The translations under genes were made by a program, and so were the position numbers. A DNA stretch of 64,000 nucleotides from Cenococcum geophilum (taxonomy: Eukaryota), in contig CP158635.1 in the NCBI GenBank assembly GCA_050273025.1, positions 29,698,001-29,762,000 on the forward strand. The letters run 5' to 3'. Shown here piece after piece: positions 1 to 11,829 of this stretch; position 1 is the stretch's first letter, and every line of letters begins with the position of its first letter. Under the pieces are notes generated by a model. The model was not told the DNA's origin. It made no database searches and saw only the letters and a program-made list of their open reading frames with translations.

Positions 1-3000
1 TGCTCTGTAAGAGCCGCTCTAATCTAAGTTAAAGAATAATAGGTGCTTTAAACCTAATGTCCTATATACGCTAATATATAATAGAAGTATATCCGCAATT
101 AAAACAATATATTACTATTACTCTTAGCATTTATTAAGCAACTTATATACTAACTATTATATACATTAGTAGAGGTATAGGTGTAATATTAGGACAACAA
201 ACTATATAAATATATTTAGCAGCTTCCCCTAGTACCTCTATATTCTCATTAGCATTACTAAAGCTGTATATAAGGGGATTAAATGGCAAACCGGCTGCAG
301 TTAATAGAAAGGCGTTAAATATATTTACGCCGTCCTTTGTAAGTTTCTTATATCCACGCTATAGAAGCGAAGGAGCCTTAAAATCCGTTAAGCGCCGCGC
401 ATATTATATGATTAAATCCTTCCTGATTTAATCTGTAAGATAGCGGATATCTAGCGCTGGAGACTTAGTTGTATGTTTACTGTTTATACGTTTACCAAAT
501 ATACGCTTAAAAATATCGCGGAGCGCGCTAGTGTAACTTATTATAAGAACACTCCATTTAAATAGCTCATCTATACTAAACGTTGAATTCCCGCGCGTTT
601 AGAGCAACTCCTTAAGTTAAAGATTTAGCAGTTTATTAAGGCGATCCGTCTTAAAGAAGCTATCTAGCTGCCCTTAGAGGTTAACTAAACTATTAGTAAG
701 GATAGCCTGTTAAAGCACTAGATTATAAGCACTTATTTTAACTAGTCGCTATAGGATCAGTATATTATATGTATAGTTCTTTAATAAGCTTCTAGTAAAG
801 TATAAGCAAAGGTAGGAGATTATACGCTTTAGTAGTCTAATATCCGTATACTTAATGGCATATTTTAGAAGCTTATAAGTATTAATAACCTATAGGAACC
901 GGATATAATTGAAGAACTCTATATTATAGTTATTAGCGGCGGAGCTTAATGTACCTATAGAGGACGACGTCGCTACTAGCTAATGTGCGTTAGTAGGTGG
1001 CTCTAAGCGCTAATTTGCATCGCGGTATATATCTCTTAAAAAAGCTGCTGTGCGGATATCCTTAATATGCTCTAGAAATTGCTGCGGAGATAGGTTTTAT
1101 ATATATTGCTTAGCCTTACCATCTGCCTTAATGTTATACTTATTGCGGATATAGAGTAGGAATAACGTAATAATATAAGCGTTAAAGCTTTAGAGGATTA
1201 GCTCTTCTATATAATAAAACGGGGCCTTTTCCCTAGGAATATTGCGCCGTCCTAGGTGGTTTATATAGGCGTAAAGCGCTAAAAACTGCTGCGTGGCTTC
1301 CTTACCCCCATAGAACGTATACATAATTATATATAGAAAGTTTAATTGTATATACTATAGCCCTAGAATAGGCAATACCCACTTATAGCTATTATACGCA
1401 CCTTCCGCCTTAACCCGCTCCTCTTTATATAATTAGATAAGCTTTACGGTTTTCTAATCTCCGTATACTAGGAAAAGCCAGTTATTAAAAGTGGTTTTGT
1501 GATTATACTACAGTTGTTTTAGGAAGATATTCTCTATTACGCGATAGTTGCCGTTAATAGAAGCCTTATTATCTAGAATAGGTCCTAGAGTTATATGCTC
1601 TGTCCTTCTATAAGGGAGAATATTAACTACTGGTATACGCAGATATTTAATATTCGCGTTAGAGTTAAATATGCTATTAACTGTAGTAGAATATGTATAT
1701 CGGATGGCGTCCGTAATAAAACTTATAGATATCTACTTCTAAAGGTTATTAAACTTATTCCTAGCTATATTAACAACCTTATCTAGCTTAAGTTAACGGG
1801 TGTTATTTAGCATCGACTGCTTAAGGCCCCCTTTAGGTATACAGACTCCGCGTAAAATCTTTCCCATAGTATGCGAATTAAACTCGCTAATTTCGCCGAT
1901 AACCTAATATTAAGTCTTTTAGTAATAGTTAAAGTTATTATAGACAATATAGACATTATTATAAATAGATAGAGACTTAATTAGTTTCTTAAGGGTTATT
2001 AGCGTTAGAAGGGCTATTAAAATTAATAGGACCTTTCTTAAAACATTTAGCTAGCCTAAGCTTTTTAGCGTTAAGAGTTTTGTAACTGTTAATTAGACTA
2101 AGGCTATACAGGAAAAATAGCATATGGTACTTTATACTAAGCGCCTAAAGATATAGACTAAGTAGACGGGTAAAACCATTTGCGAAGTTTTAGGTAAACC
2201 CTAGGAGGAATATAGAGGTAACTATAACTATACGTCCGCCATGCGGATCCCAACTATGTTCCTCTCTATTTAGTGCGAATATCCCCTTAATAAGCTAAAA
2301 CAGCAGCGGACCGTGCTACTAAACAAACTGGGCCGTATTCTTAAGGTTAATATCCTAAAACTCTATATCTAGAGTCTATGTGTTAAAGGGGCCGCGTTAT
2401 AATTATAGTTGGCGGAGTTCTTTCTGGATATAGCGGGTAGTATAGGTTACTAGCGTTATATAAATTTCAGCCCTATTAATAAGCTCTTCTTATATTTTCT
2501 TTTTCTCTAGTAAAGCAATAAGTAGGTCCCCTACTTTCTTCTTCTTCCTATTGCCTTTATGCCCGTTCTCGCTTTCTAAGTACTTAAAGATTAGCCTATA
2601 AAAAGACCAGCCCTATTAATATAGAAGGTCCTTTACGATGTTAACCTTCTCTTCCTTTAATATCTTTGTCCAACTAGTAGATGGAATATCCGCTAGAATA
2701 TCCGCTGGCTATATAGAGGGCTGGCGGCGTGGATGTAAGTATTCAGCGTTAGTGTTTACTGCACGGCTTGGCGGTATAGAGGTAGAATTGGGGCCTCTAC
2801 GGCAACAAATTCCTCTTAACGTCGCGCGTGTATAAGGAGCTAAAGATCTTATAACTTATAGAGTAGGCTTTTCTCTATAATTTGGTGTAATTTTTATATT
2901 AATAGGTATTGTGGGAGGGTAGATCAATTTCGTTAAAGTTAATAAGGTCTTCTTATATAAACCGTGTTTAGGTTTTTTATAAAGCTCGCCAAAGTGCCTC

Positions 3001-3100
3001 AGACCAAGAAAACGATTGCCGTCCTAAATCAGCTTAGCGGACGGTGCGGATATTCCTATATCCGCACAATCGATTTCTTAGTCTGAGCTCGCTGAGGTAA
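1..3100 (-). mobile_element. RIP-inactivated DUF6589-like (putative DDE transposase) element, right end present, left part runs off the window
   Basis: Minus-strand translation through RIP stops gives IVYNNFN (~1945; de-RIP IVYDNFD), LVYGD*KTVKLI (~1460; GDQKT), WVLPILGL*Y (~1360; PGLWH) and NSLVNL*GQLDSFFKTDRLNKLLN (~690-625), the motif order of DUF6589 proteins; strongly TpA-rich; terminal hairpin module 2998-3087 and end ...GCTGAGGTAA at 3100. Confidence 0.7.
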
Positions 3101-4207
3101 AGCTGCAGTCGTCTTACGGCTAAGCTTACGTTATCAGCCTCTTGGCAGACGCTGGCTCTTGGACACTGAGATTCAAGCCTCGTCCACGAATTCGCCTTGG
3201 ACCATTCCTAACGGTTCTCGTTCAGCTGAGCGAGAATACTGAAATAGCAACTCCGGCCATAAGATGTTTCCAGCCGCAGAATTAATCCAGCCTTTACGTG
3301 CTAAATCACAGATGAGAAACCTAGCTAAGGGTTCGTGATTTGTGGAGTTGCACCTACACCCAGCAGCGACATCCAGACCCTCCAGACATATTGTAGAGAT
3401 GACGTCTGTTTTGATAGGCCAAATTGATGACGTGTTAACTGCGAGCCCTTGAACAGTCGGGAAATCTCAGAATCTGATTGCTAAAATGGTCAAAATGTAT
3501 TCGTGTCGCGATATTTCAAGGTTCCCTGTAATGAACCCCGGCTTCGCGGCCATGTTTAGGCGGACGGATGAAGTGCCATTACTGGTAAGGAGAAAGATTG
3601 GCCAGTGGTTATGGCTTATTTGGGGATTCGATCCCATGAGACTAGCGGTGTGCACCACAACTCGAACGGTTGTAACGGCTCGAGAATCAGCCATAGAAAC
3701 AACGCAGTTGTTCAATAATGCTTTAATCAGCGGATAAGGTCTGAAACTGCTGGACAGGCTGAAAGCAGCGTGTTAGGCGGATGTAGCCCTTTTATATACC
3801 GCGCCGGTTCAGTATAGTTCCTAACTATCTTCTGTGTTTTAATTTAAGTTTTAATTTATTATAAATTTATTTATGGTTAATTTAAGGATGTTGGTTATTT
3901 AAACACTGTCTCTATGAAACCACCGTCTTTCCAGTTTAAGGTGGCACAGTTTCAACCGCCCGGCCCACGGGTGACAAGTGTCCAGCAGGGATTTCTGAGA
4001 TCCGGGGAAATTGCCATGAGTCCGTGAGATTGGGATCCTATATTATCTCGCATTTCCTATATTATCTCACGTTTCCTCGTCTTTCGGGCTCAAGCATTGC
4101 TCCAGTCTCATCAAGGCCAGTCAATCTTTTTTGTGCTTTAAAATCCCGAAGTTCTTGACGAATCTTCCTTCCACTCCTTCAATTGATTTTGGCCCGATCT
4201 TTTCAAC

Positions 4208-5109
4208 ATGAAGTTCCAAGAAGTTGTTCTGCTTTCTCTTGTCGCGGGGTCTGCCTCTGCTTTGCAGGGTATTTGGCAACAGTGTATGCCATATATCCAT
4301 TTCTGGACCAGCAACCTACTAACAAATACTAGGCGGAGGACAAAACTGGACCGGAGGTACTACTTGCACAGCTGGCAACACCTGCGTTTTCAAGAACACT
4401 TGGTACTCGCAATGCCGTCCCGGAGGTTGTTAGACCCGTCATTTCCTTAATCAGGTAGAGCTGACCTAGTCTAGGTACCACGACACCTACTACTAAATCA
4501 AGCAGCACGTCTGCATCTCCTTCAAGTAACCCAAGCGGTTTGGGTATAGGCGTGACATACAAGGCGACCTTCACAGTCTACGGCGCTGGTATGGCTCCTT
4601 ACCCCAGACGCCTGACTATTGCTTACATTTCCAAGGCGATGCAAACAACAGCCCAAACTGCCAAACTGCTGGCAATGCTTGCGGCTTCTACAGCAGCCCA
4701 GGCTACGCAGCTGCGGCTTCCCAGAACCTATTCGGCGTCGCCGGAGGCCAGGGTGCCGGCCCAGCGTGTGGTACTTGCTGGAAGTTGGTTGGAGAGACCG
4801 ACTCAAGTGGCAATGCATTGTCGAATGCGGGCACTAGCATCGTTGTGATGAGTAAGATCCCCCAATATCTCGCGCTCCTCGAATTTGCTGACATGCACTG
4901 TAGTCAACAACCTCTGCCCAGGGGGGGGCAATTCGGTGTGCTCTCCAGCCACTTTGACCGATACCAACCAATACGGCGCGAACGTCGACTTCGATCTCTG
5001 CTCTGACTCTGGCGCTTCCGCCGCTTTCTTCCCAAAAGGCTTTGGATTGGCAGTGGGCTATGCGACCCAGGTCGACTGCTCGCAGTGGTCTGGTACAATC
5101 GTCCATTAG
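4208..5109 (+). CDS. Secreted CBM1 + GH45 (expansin-like subfamily) endoglucanase, 5 exons
   Basis: Signal peptide [18 protein letters not shown]; splicing four short GT-AG introns (first 4284-4332) gives CBM1 [31 protein letters not shown], a Ser/Thr linker, then [45 protein letters not shown] at 5107-5109. Confidence 0.88.
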
Positions 5110-6399
5110 ATACGAGGGGTCCCCCCGGGACTGCGATTCTCGTCAAACATTCGCTTCTTGACCTGATATAGAGGAATTGAGAGCCCGAGAGAGATTTTGA
5201 CGGGCCTGTTTGATGAAGTTGGATTTCGATTCTTGTAAATTCGACATTTATAAACTAAAAAGGCCGTTGGTTACTATACCGGTCTCCCTGTCAACATACA
5301 AAGACTAGTAGCACGGCTAAACTTTCGGCATTGAGCCGCCCATGCAAGCTTCCATGCTTAGATATTCCAAATAAGCCTCAGTGACATTCGCCAATGCCCG
5401 ACGGTTCTTGGGAGACATTCAGCCACCAGAACGCCTTGTGTTCTCTAGCAGTGCTGCCTCTGCCTCACGAGTATTTGTCTTCGCATGCCATATTGGCGAG
5501 TAGTGACACCGCCGGATTTAGTATCGGGAGCCATCAAAACTGGCCTGCATAAATGATGTTTTAGACAGAATAGCGCGTAGAGGATTTGTCGTTGTCTAAC
5601 GGATGCTAATAGTATTAAGCTTTCCAGGATGGCTTCTAAACTAATCCCGCATATGCAAAGGCGCGGAAGATGCTATGCAAGTTTGACGAATGGTCACCTA
5701 ATGTCAAACTGAATGAAGGTGGAAACTCGTGTAAGATTGAATCTATGGAGGTGTAGGTCTTAAGTACATGATGAGGGGGGTCTGCCAAATGGAGTGCCCT
5801 ATAATAAAGGTAGTTTTAAGAAGAAATAAGTAGAGGAGGCTAAAGGAGAAGGAATAGAAAGGGGTATATGGGTTAGAGAAGGAAAGAGGTAAGTGGGGGT
5901 AGGTAGGTAGAGGTAGATGCAAGAGATAGGTGGGTGAACGGGCATAAGAAGCACAGAGCACCAAGGTTCTTTATCTTATTATACGTGATATACGCGCGCA
6001 CCTTCCTTATTAAGACTAAATATTTCCTTATTAGGTTAGATGTGGAGCTTTGGAGCTCCACGACCTCGAATCCACTCCATCTAATCAAACTATGGCTCCA
6101 CCACGGAGCTCCAGAATTAACCCAGTCTAAAAACACCACTGTCGGCAACTGCACTAGCAGTTTCACGCGTCAGTGCATTAGTAAACTCTTAGGACAGCGG
6201 CATTGCGATCCTTTGCAGCGTTTCGGAAATCTTGACTTGTTTGTTACACGGCTATGGTTTCGTAGGGAGGAGTTAGATTAAGCTTGAGAAGCTACGATGA
6301 CGCGGAAGATGAACCACGGATCTTCCCGTGAGGCTACAAATCTTATGCCGAGCATCGTCAGCAGGGATCGGCAAACCGACGCCACCGACCTGTCACCAG

Positions 6400-7460
6400 G
6401 TACACCAACTCCGTCTCTCCCCACGAAACGCTCCCAAAGCCGCAACCCCAGCCCATCCAAGCACCCACACGCAACCTCCCACATGACAACATGGCTAAGC
6501 ACCTGAATCGCAATACGGGATTTCCCCGAATCCTCTCAACCGGCAAGCAGCACCGCCAACATCTCCAGCAGCCCTCCAGCACGCTGTCAACTAACCATCC
6601 CAAACAACCCTAAAAATAAACCCAACCATTAGTCTCCTCGTTCCTCGGCCCTGTATCCAAAAGAGAGCGCGCCCCGAACAAGCTCCACAGTACCAGCCCG
6701 CGCCAACCCTAAAACCCCAAAATTAAGCTTTGCTCCGGGCCCTTAGCATGGTGGGTCCGCTTTTCGTCCCAAGCGCGTCCGGGGGAGGTAGAGAGAAAAA
6801 GAGAGAAAAGGAAATTCGAAAAGTCTAAAAAAAGCCCCAAAAATCGCGCTTTCATCCTCCAGACCGCTTGCGCTCGTGCGTCGCGCGCGTCACGCGCGTC
6901 AGTCATCCTGCCGGCAACAGTTGCTAATCCAGGTGCCGGGGTTCCCCTAATGTGCGCCGCTGGTCTGCCGCTAGGAGGGACGAGCGTACCTGGCAGCGGT
7001 GCACCCCTTCGCTGCCAGGCCTGGTGGAGTCATGCAGGATGTATTTTCCGGAAGTCGCTGGGAAAAGGGGGGAGTGGGGAGCTGTGGAGCTGGATACAGG
7101 GACGGGTTCAGCGATGGATTCGTCAGCATTGGCGGCCTGGGTGAAAGCCCTCCCGCGTGCGTACGCGTATCTGGCCGGGATCTTGATCCCGATTGTTGAT
7201 CTGATTGCTGGTCGCGCTGATCGGTGAACGCAGCTTCGGTGCCTGGGCTAGTGAGGAAAGATCTACAACGCACAAGCTGTCAATCGAGCTGCGTTTTTGG
7301 GTTGCAGTGCGGCAGCAGGGTAACCCCAAGATGTGGTTGATAGGGGAGGATGGTTTTATGGAGATCTTTTGTGGACAGGGGCAGAGCGGGTGGTTTGGAC
7401 AGGCTTGGGACGGATGGAGAAGTTGGCGGTTGGAGGTGGAAGTGAGATTTTGATGTTGAG
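6400..7460 (+). ncRNA. Candidate telomerase RNA (large structured ncRNA); ends approximate
   Basis: No credible ORF; long-range helices 6649-6659/7091-7101 and 6682-6690/7082-7090 enclose a template-like CAACCCTAA (6704-6712); outer helix 6552-6567/7415-7430; local stems with G-U wobbles and a GAAA tetraloop on +; Sm-like GATTTTGA at 7446-7453. Confidence 0.6.
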
Positions 7461-7733
7461 TGGGATGAAGATATAGGACTTGATGCACTTTGAAATGAAT
7501 ATATAGAATATACAAGAATGTGCAGATCTTTCGTAATATATGTGAGATGAACGTCTTGTTATCTCCAATTCCAAAGCCGTCAATGCAGTCCGAAAAGGTG
7601 TGCGGCTCGTTAAAACTCCCTAGAGACCCAGAAAAGTTGAATCCCAACGCCTGGTATCACTTCATGCCTCTACAATAGTCCCATCCTATCCCGTCTACCC
7701 CACTATACACTCATATTGCGTTCGTTCGCCGTA

Positions 7734-9496
7734 TTATATTGCGTGTCCGATGTTCCTCTCCGGCATCATCTCCTCTTTCACCTCCGTCGAAGATACAAAA
7801 GATACCTTCGTTGTTGTGGTCTTTGTGATGCCCATCCTACTACCTTCAAGCCTCGACGCGCTCCCATCGCTCATATTGCTCTCGCTGTCGTTTCCTAAAC
7901 TCACTGCGGACTTCTGTTGTGCCGAGATGCGAGTCATCATGTGTGTTTCGTCTCCGGAGAAGTCGGGGCCAGGGCCATAACCTTCCTCAGTCTTGCGTGA
8001 ACCTAGAGAGTTGTAATCGTTGACAGAGTGGCCGGTGCCGCGTCCGTAATATTTGCCATGTGAGGGTTGGTCTCGAGAGCCGCTACCGTAAATGCTACCC
8101 AAGACGCGGTGGAAGAGAGGTTTCATGCAAGGGAGGTTTCCTGCAACGATGGCAATATTCGTTTCTATTCTGCACAAGTTCATAAGCACCCAGATAATAT
8201 TTCAAAAGGAGCGGCACAACGTACACGGTCCAGGTTGTAATGTTGCGAGAGTCCCAAAGCCAGTCTCCTTGTTTACCGTAACTCGGAAGATAGCTAAGTT
8301 TCACAAGTGCTGCAACAGTGGCGCTTCGCGAAGAGATGAAATATTAGCTAGCATCAGAATTACTCGACAGGTGGAATTCTCACAAGATACCCAAGCTCAG
8401 GATGCCAATAATCGAACTCTTGGTTCGAATGTTCATTTGTACATTCCTGGAAAACATCCTAGAATTAGCTTCGGTGTGCTCGCCAGTCAAAATTCGGATA
8501 CGAAGGAGACACGAACCATAACATAGGGATCTGGATTCATGTTAGTGTTGCGTAAACCCTAATACCGGCAAATACTTACAGGTATTATAATGGAAAACAA
8601 TAAGTCGGTAGTAATATTAAGTGCTTTTGTGAGGTTAATGGCGAACTTCCACTGTAGCGAAACAGACACCTCCTTACCAGTATTGGTATAACCTAGTGCT
8701 CTTAACGTCGGGGGACTGAAACATTTCGCTTCTACCGAAGAATCCCACAGGATAGCTATATTCGTACATTGGAACACAATTGTCTAGGAAAATTCATTGT
8801 TAGAAACGATGACTCTTTATGAAGGTGTAGAAAGGTTCCCAAGGTCGTCTAAAATCAAAGGATGGCATTATCCTTCGAATGGAATATGGGGAAAGACCTA
8901 CAAAGAAGCATGCGACGGTGTAAATTCCCATAAAAACTGAAGCCTCGTCAGAGTTTGTGCCATTTCATTGGAGTTGTCTTAGCTTGCCCATAACACTCTG
9001 AATTGCTCTCCGAAAGAAAGGTGTAGCTGCAACTCGGAGAAGGAAGAATCCAATGGATATCTTGACTAGAGAAATTGCGCAAACATAAATGGGTTGGGAG
9101 ATGAAATTGTACATTAAGCCCTTCGCAAGACTTGCAGGCGGAATATGGTTGATGTGTTTGCCGGCGCCATAGTGAACTTCTGGTATTATTACAGCTTGGC
9201 CTGCGACACACTTCAAAACTTATCAGTACTCGCAAATTAGAGTAAGTAGTGTGTAGTATTTCATACCAGCGCCATGGCCATGATCATCGTGTAGTCCTGG
9301 AGCATGTCAGCGGAGTGGTCGAGGTCCTGGTTTTGGAGATGTTTACATCCCATCCCACATTTCTTATCATCCTTATTCTAACGAAAAGTCGAATAATGAG
9401 AGTGACGAGGGCCAGCGACGTCACAGTTAAAGTAGCTGCAAGAATTGTTGGTCCCTCATTCTCATTGGGATAATTCGCAATGGGTGTGGCAGCCAT
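7734..9496 (-). CDS. PTH11-like integral membrane receptor (fungal rhodopsin domain, no CFEM), multi-exon
   Basis: NEGPTILA..RLFVRIRMIRNVGWD, HYGAGKH, ISLVKISIGFFLLR, FQCT..LWD..C, NITTDLLFSII, IETNIAIVAGNLPCMKPLF across ORF-track exons; Ser/Gly-rich C-terminal tail. Confidence 0.88.
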
Positions 9497-11829
9497 TGCG
9501 ACTTGAATCTGTTAGAATTACAAGGAGTTGTCGAAGTAGTGCTGGGGAATGATGGGACTCCCAGTCCGGAATCTTGACGAGCCTGAAAAGTGGGGACAAG
9601 CGAACAGCGCCCAGCTCGTTATTGTATTCTTCTTAACCGACGAACAGAAGAAATGACACGGCGGTGAGGAAAGCATTGCACAGTATGAGCGACAGCTCGG
9701 AAGAGAGAAGGCCCACCACGTATGCGAATGCTCGGCGAGTCAGGAATAATTTGCAAGCGATTCATTGGAGGAATTGCACTTATGATTTTCAACACTAGCC
9801 GCGGCGCAGAAGCCTTTTGGAAGTTCGGGAATTCCCCATTAGTCTGATGCGGCTGCTGCATGGGCAATAATCTTCACGCCGCACGAGCGGCCCGAGAAAA
9901 CGGCTCGCTTGGTAGCGTCTTCGTGCGGGGCCAGATGGAGGAATGGGAGCTGCTGGGGGAGGGTGCTGGATTTTGATCGCGGACGTCGGCCCTCATCTGT
10001 GCGACCAGTGTGCTCGTCGAGCCTAATTACACTCAAGTCTCACTATAACAGGTATTTAAGGGATTCAGGGTGTTGACACGGTCTAGGTGTTCCAGGTGCT
10101 GAAGCAAATTGTGAAAGAGCCTCGAGTTGGAACGAATCTATCACCAAGAGACTACTTTGCAGGCCAATTTTTCAGATAGCCATTTCCTCCATTAAGACGG
10201 CATCCCAGCGAGCTGCAGGAACTCTGTATTCTTGGGCAGGTGGCAAGGCGCTAGAGGAAGAGGGAAGACAGATGACGCCAGTCGGCGAACGGCCGAGGTG
10301 GGCGTAGCAAAGTGGGGTCGTCTCGCGGTTGCCGAGCCCAGGATTCGCCACCGTTATGGCAGAGCAGTCTCGTTACCGATATATATACCGGCTGGCCATG
10401 GAATAGACAGAGAAGTAAGCCAAGGATGGCCGTCGCGCGCACGACAAAATGTCCCCCGCAAAGTAAGCTTGCTTGGCAGCAGTGCGGTGCTTTTCTCCTT
10501 CCAGATCGACTGGCGAGATCTCGGAATCCGCCCTGGCCACGCATGCGAAGATGCGTAGAAGACGCGAACCCGCTTGTGGGAAGGCTCGGTGGGGCCTTAC
10601 TGGACTGTGCCGCGAAGCTTATTATGATCATTTTCGCCCGTGTCCTCGTCGTACGCCACACTGCAGTCCAATGACTCTCAGCTCCTCGTAATTCCTGGCA
10701 AATTCTTCCTCTTTTACCAATGCCCGGCCTAGTTCAGCGCCTCTCACTTGGTCCTGAATCAGTTTCGCACTGATGCGAAGCCTCTTTTTGCCGACTCGTC
10801 GCCCTGCCACTACTCTCATGCGCCTTTTGGGTTTGTGGACGCCTCCTTGAAGGGCCGTTCCGACTCGGAGGCGGGAGCTTGCGAGCCAATACGAACTGGA
10901 GAAAGGGGTCCATATTTTTAAATGTTGAAGGTGTGACACGGCAATTGGAATTCAGAAAATCTGGGTCACTCTTGTTCACCACAGCGGGGTCTGACGTTGA
11001 TGCAACAGTAGCCCAAGGCTGGTGTATCCTTTCAATTGGCCCTCCTATTCGCGACCGTTGCTTCACAAACTGTCAGTGCAGGAGATCCTCATACTAAGCC
11101 ACCAGAGATGCTGTGAAGCGGATTTTGCAACTGCAGCGCCCCAGAAATCGTAGATGTTAGGATTGAGCTGGCACTACTATCTCTCCAAAGGAGCTAGCGG
11201 CCTTGAACTTTTGTCCGGGGTAACGAACGGCTTCAAATGGCTATTTCGCCGAGAAAAAGCTTGAAGGCCATGTGAATCATCACTTCTGGAGCCCCACGTT
11301 GCTCGCACGGCATAGCGCCTTTCGGCACATGGTGGACTGCCGGAGGAACCTGCATGCGCACCGCGAGCCAGGCAGATGTGGTCGCTTCTGTGTACCTTTT
11401 GGGAATGCGGTACATACTTGCAGGGCCACGGGAACCGGGGAGATCGTTCGCGAACGACAAGCATGGCATTAATTAATGCCGTATTGGCACTTGCTTCAAC
11501 ATGTCTTAGCTTCAATATCAATCAATCTTTGAGGTCGTAGACTGTCCCTTCCCTGGCCCTTGCAGCCCTTTTTGGCATCCGAGGGTTGCATATTGTGGAT
11601 ATTAGTGACATGGCTGCCACGAGCCAAAGACGTTTCTGCCGCGCCGCGATTCTTTCCTCAAACCCATTTATTAAACCAGAATCTCTTTCCTTACTTTCTT
11701 TCCGTGTCCAGACTTTTGAATCTCCCTGGGTTCCGTGAGCCAGTTCTACTTATATTCGCGGATCAGAAATTTGGGCTTCCTTGAGCGTTTCACCTTACAC
11801 CCTACCGAAAGTTTATAGAAGAGGACGGT

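Noticed and set aside
6605..6613. Second CAACCCTAA as telomeric repeat or template
   Set aside because: Not a tandem telomere tract, and it lies outside the helix-enclosed core; the 6704 copy fits a template better.
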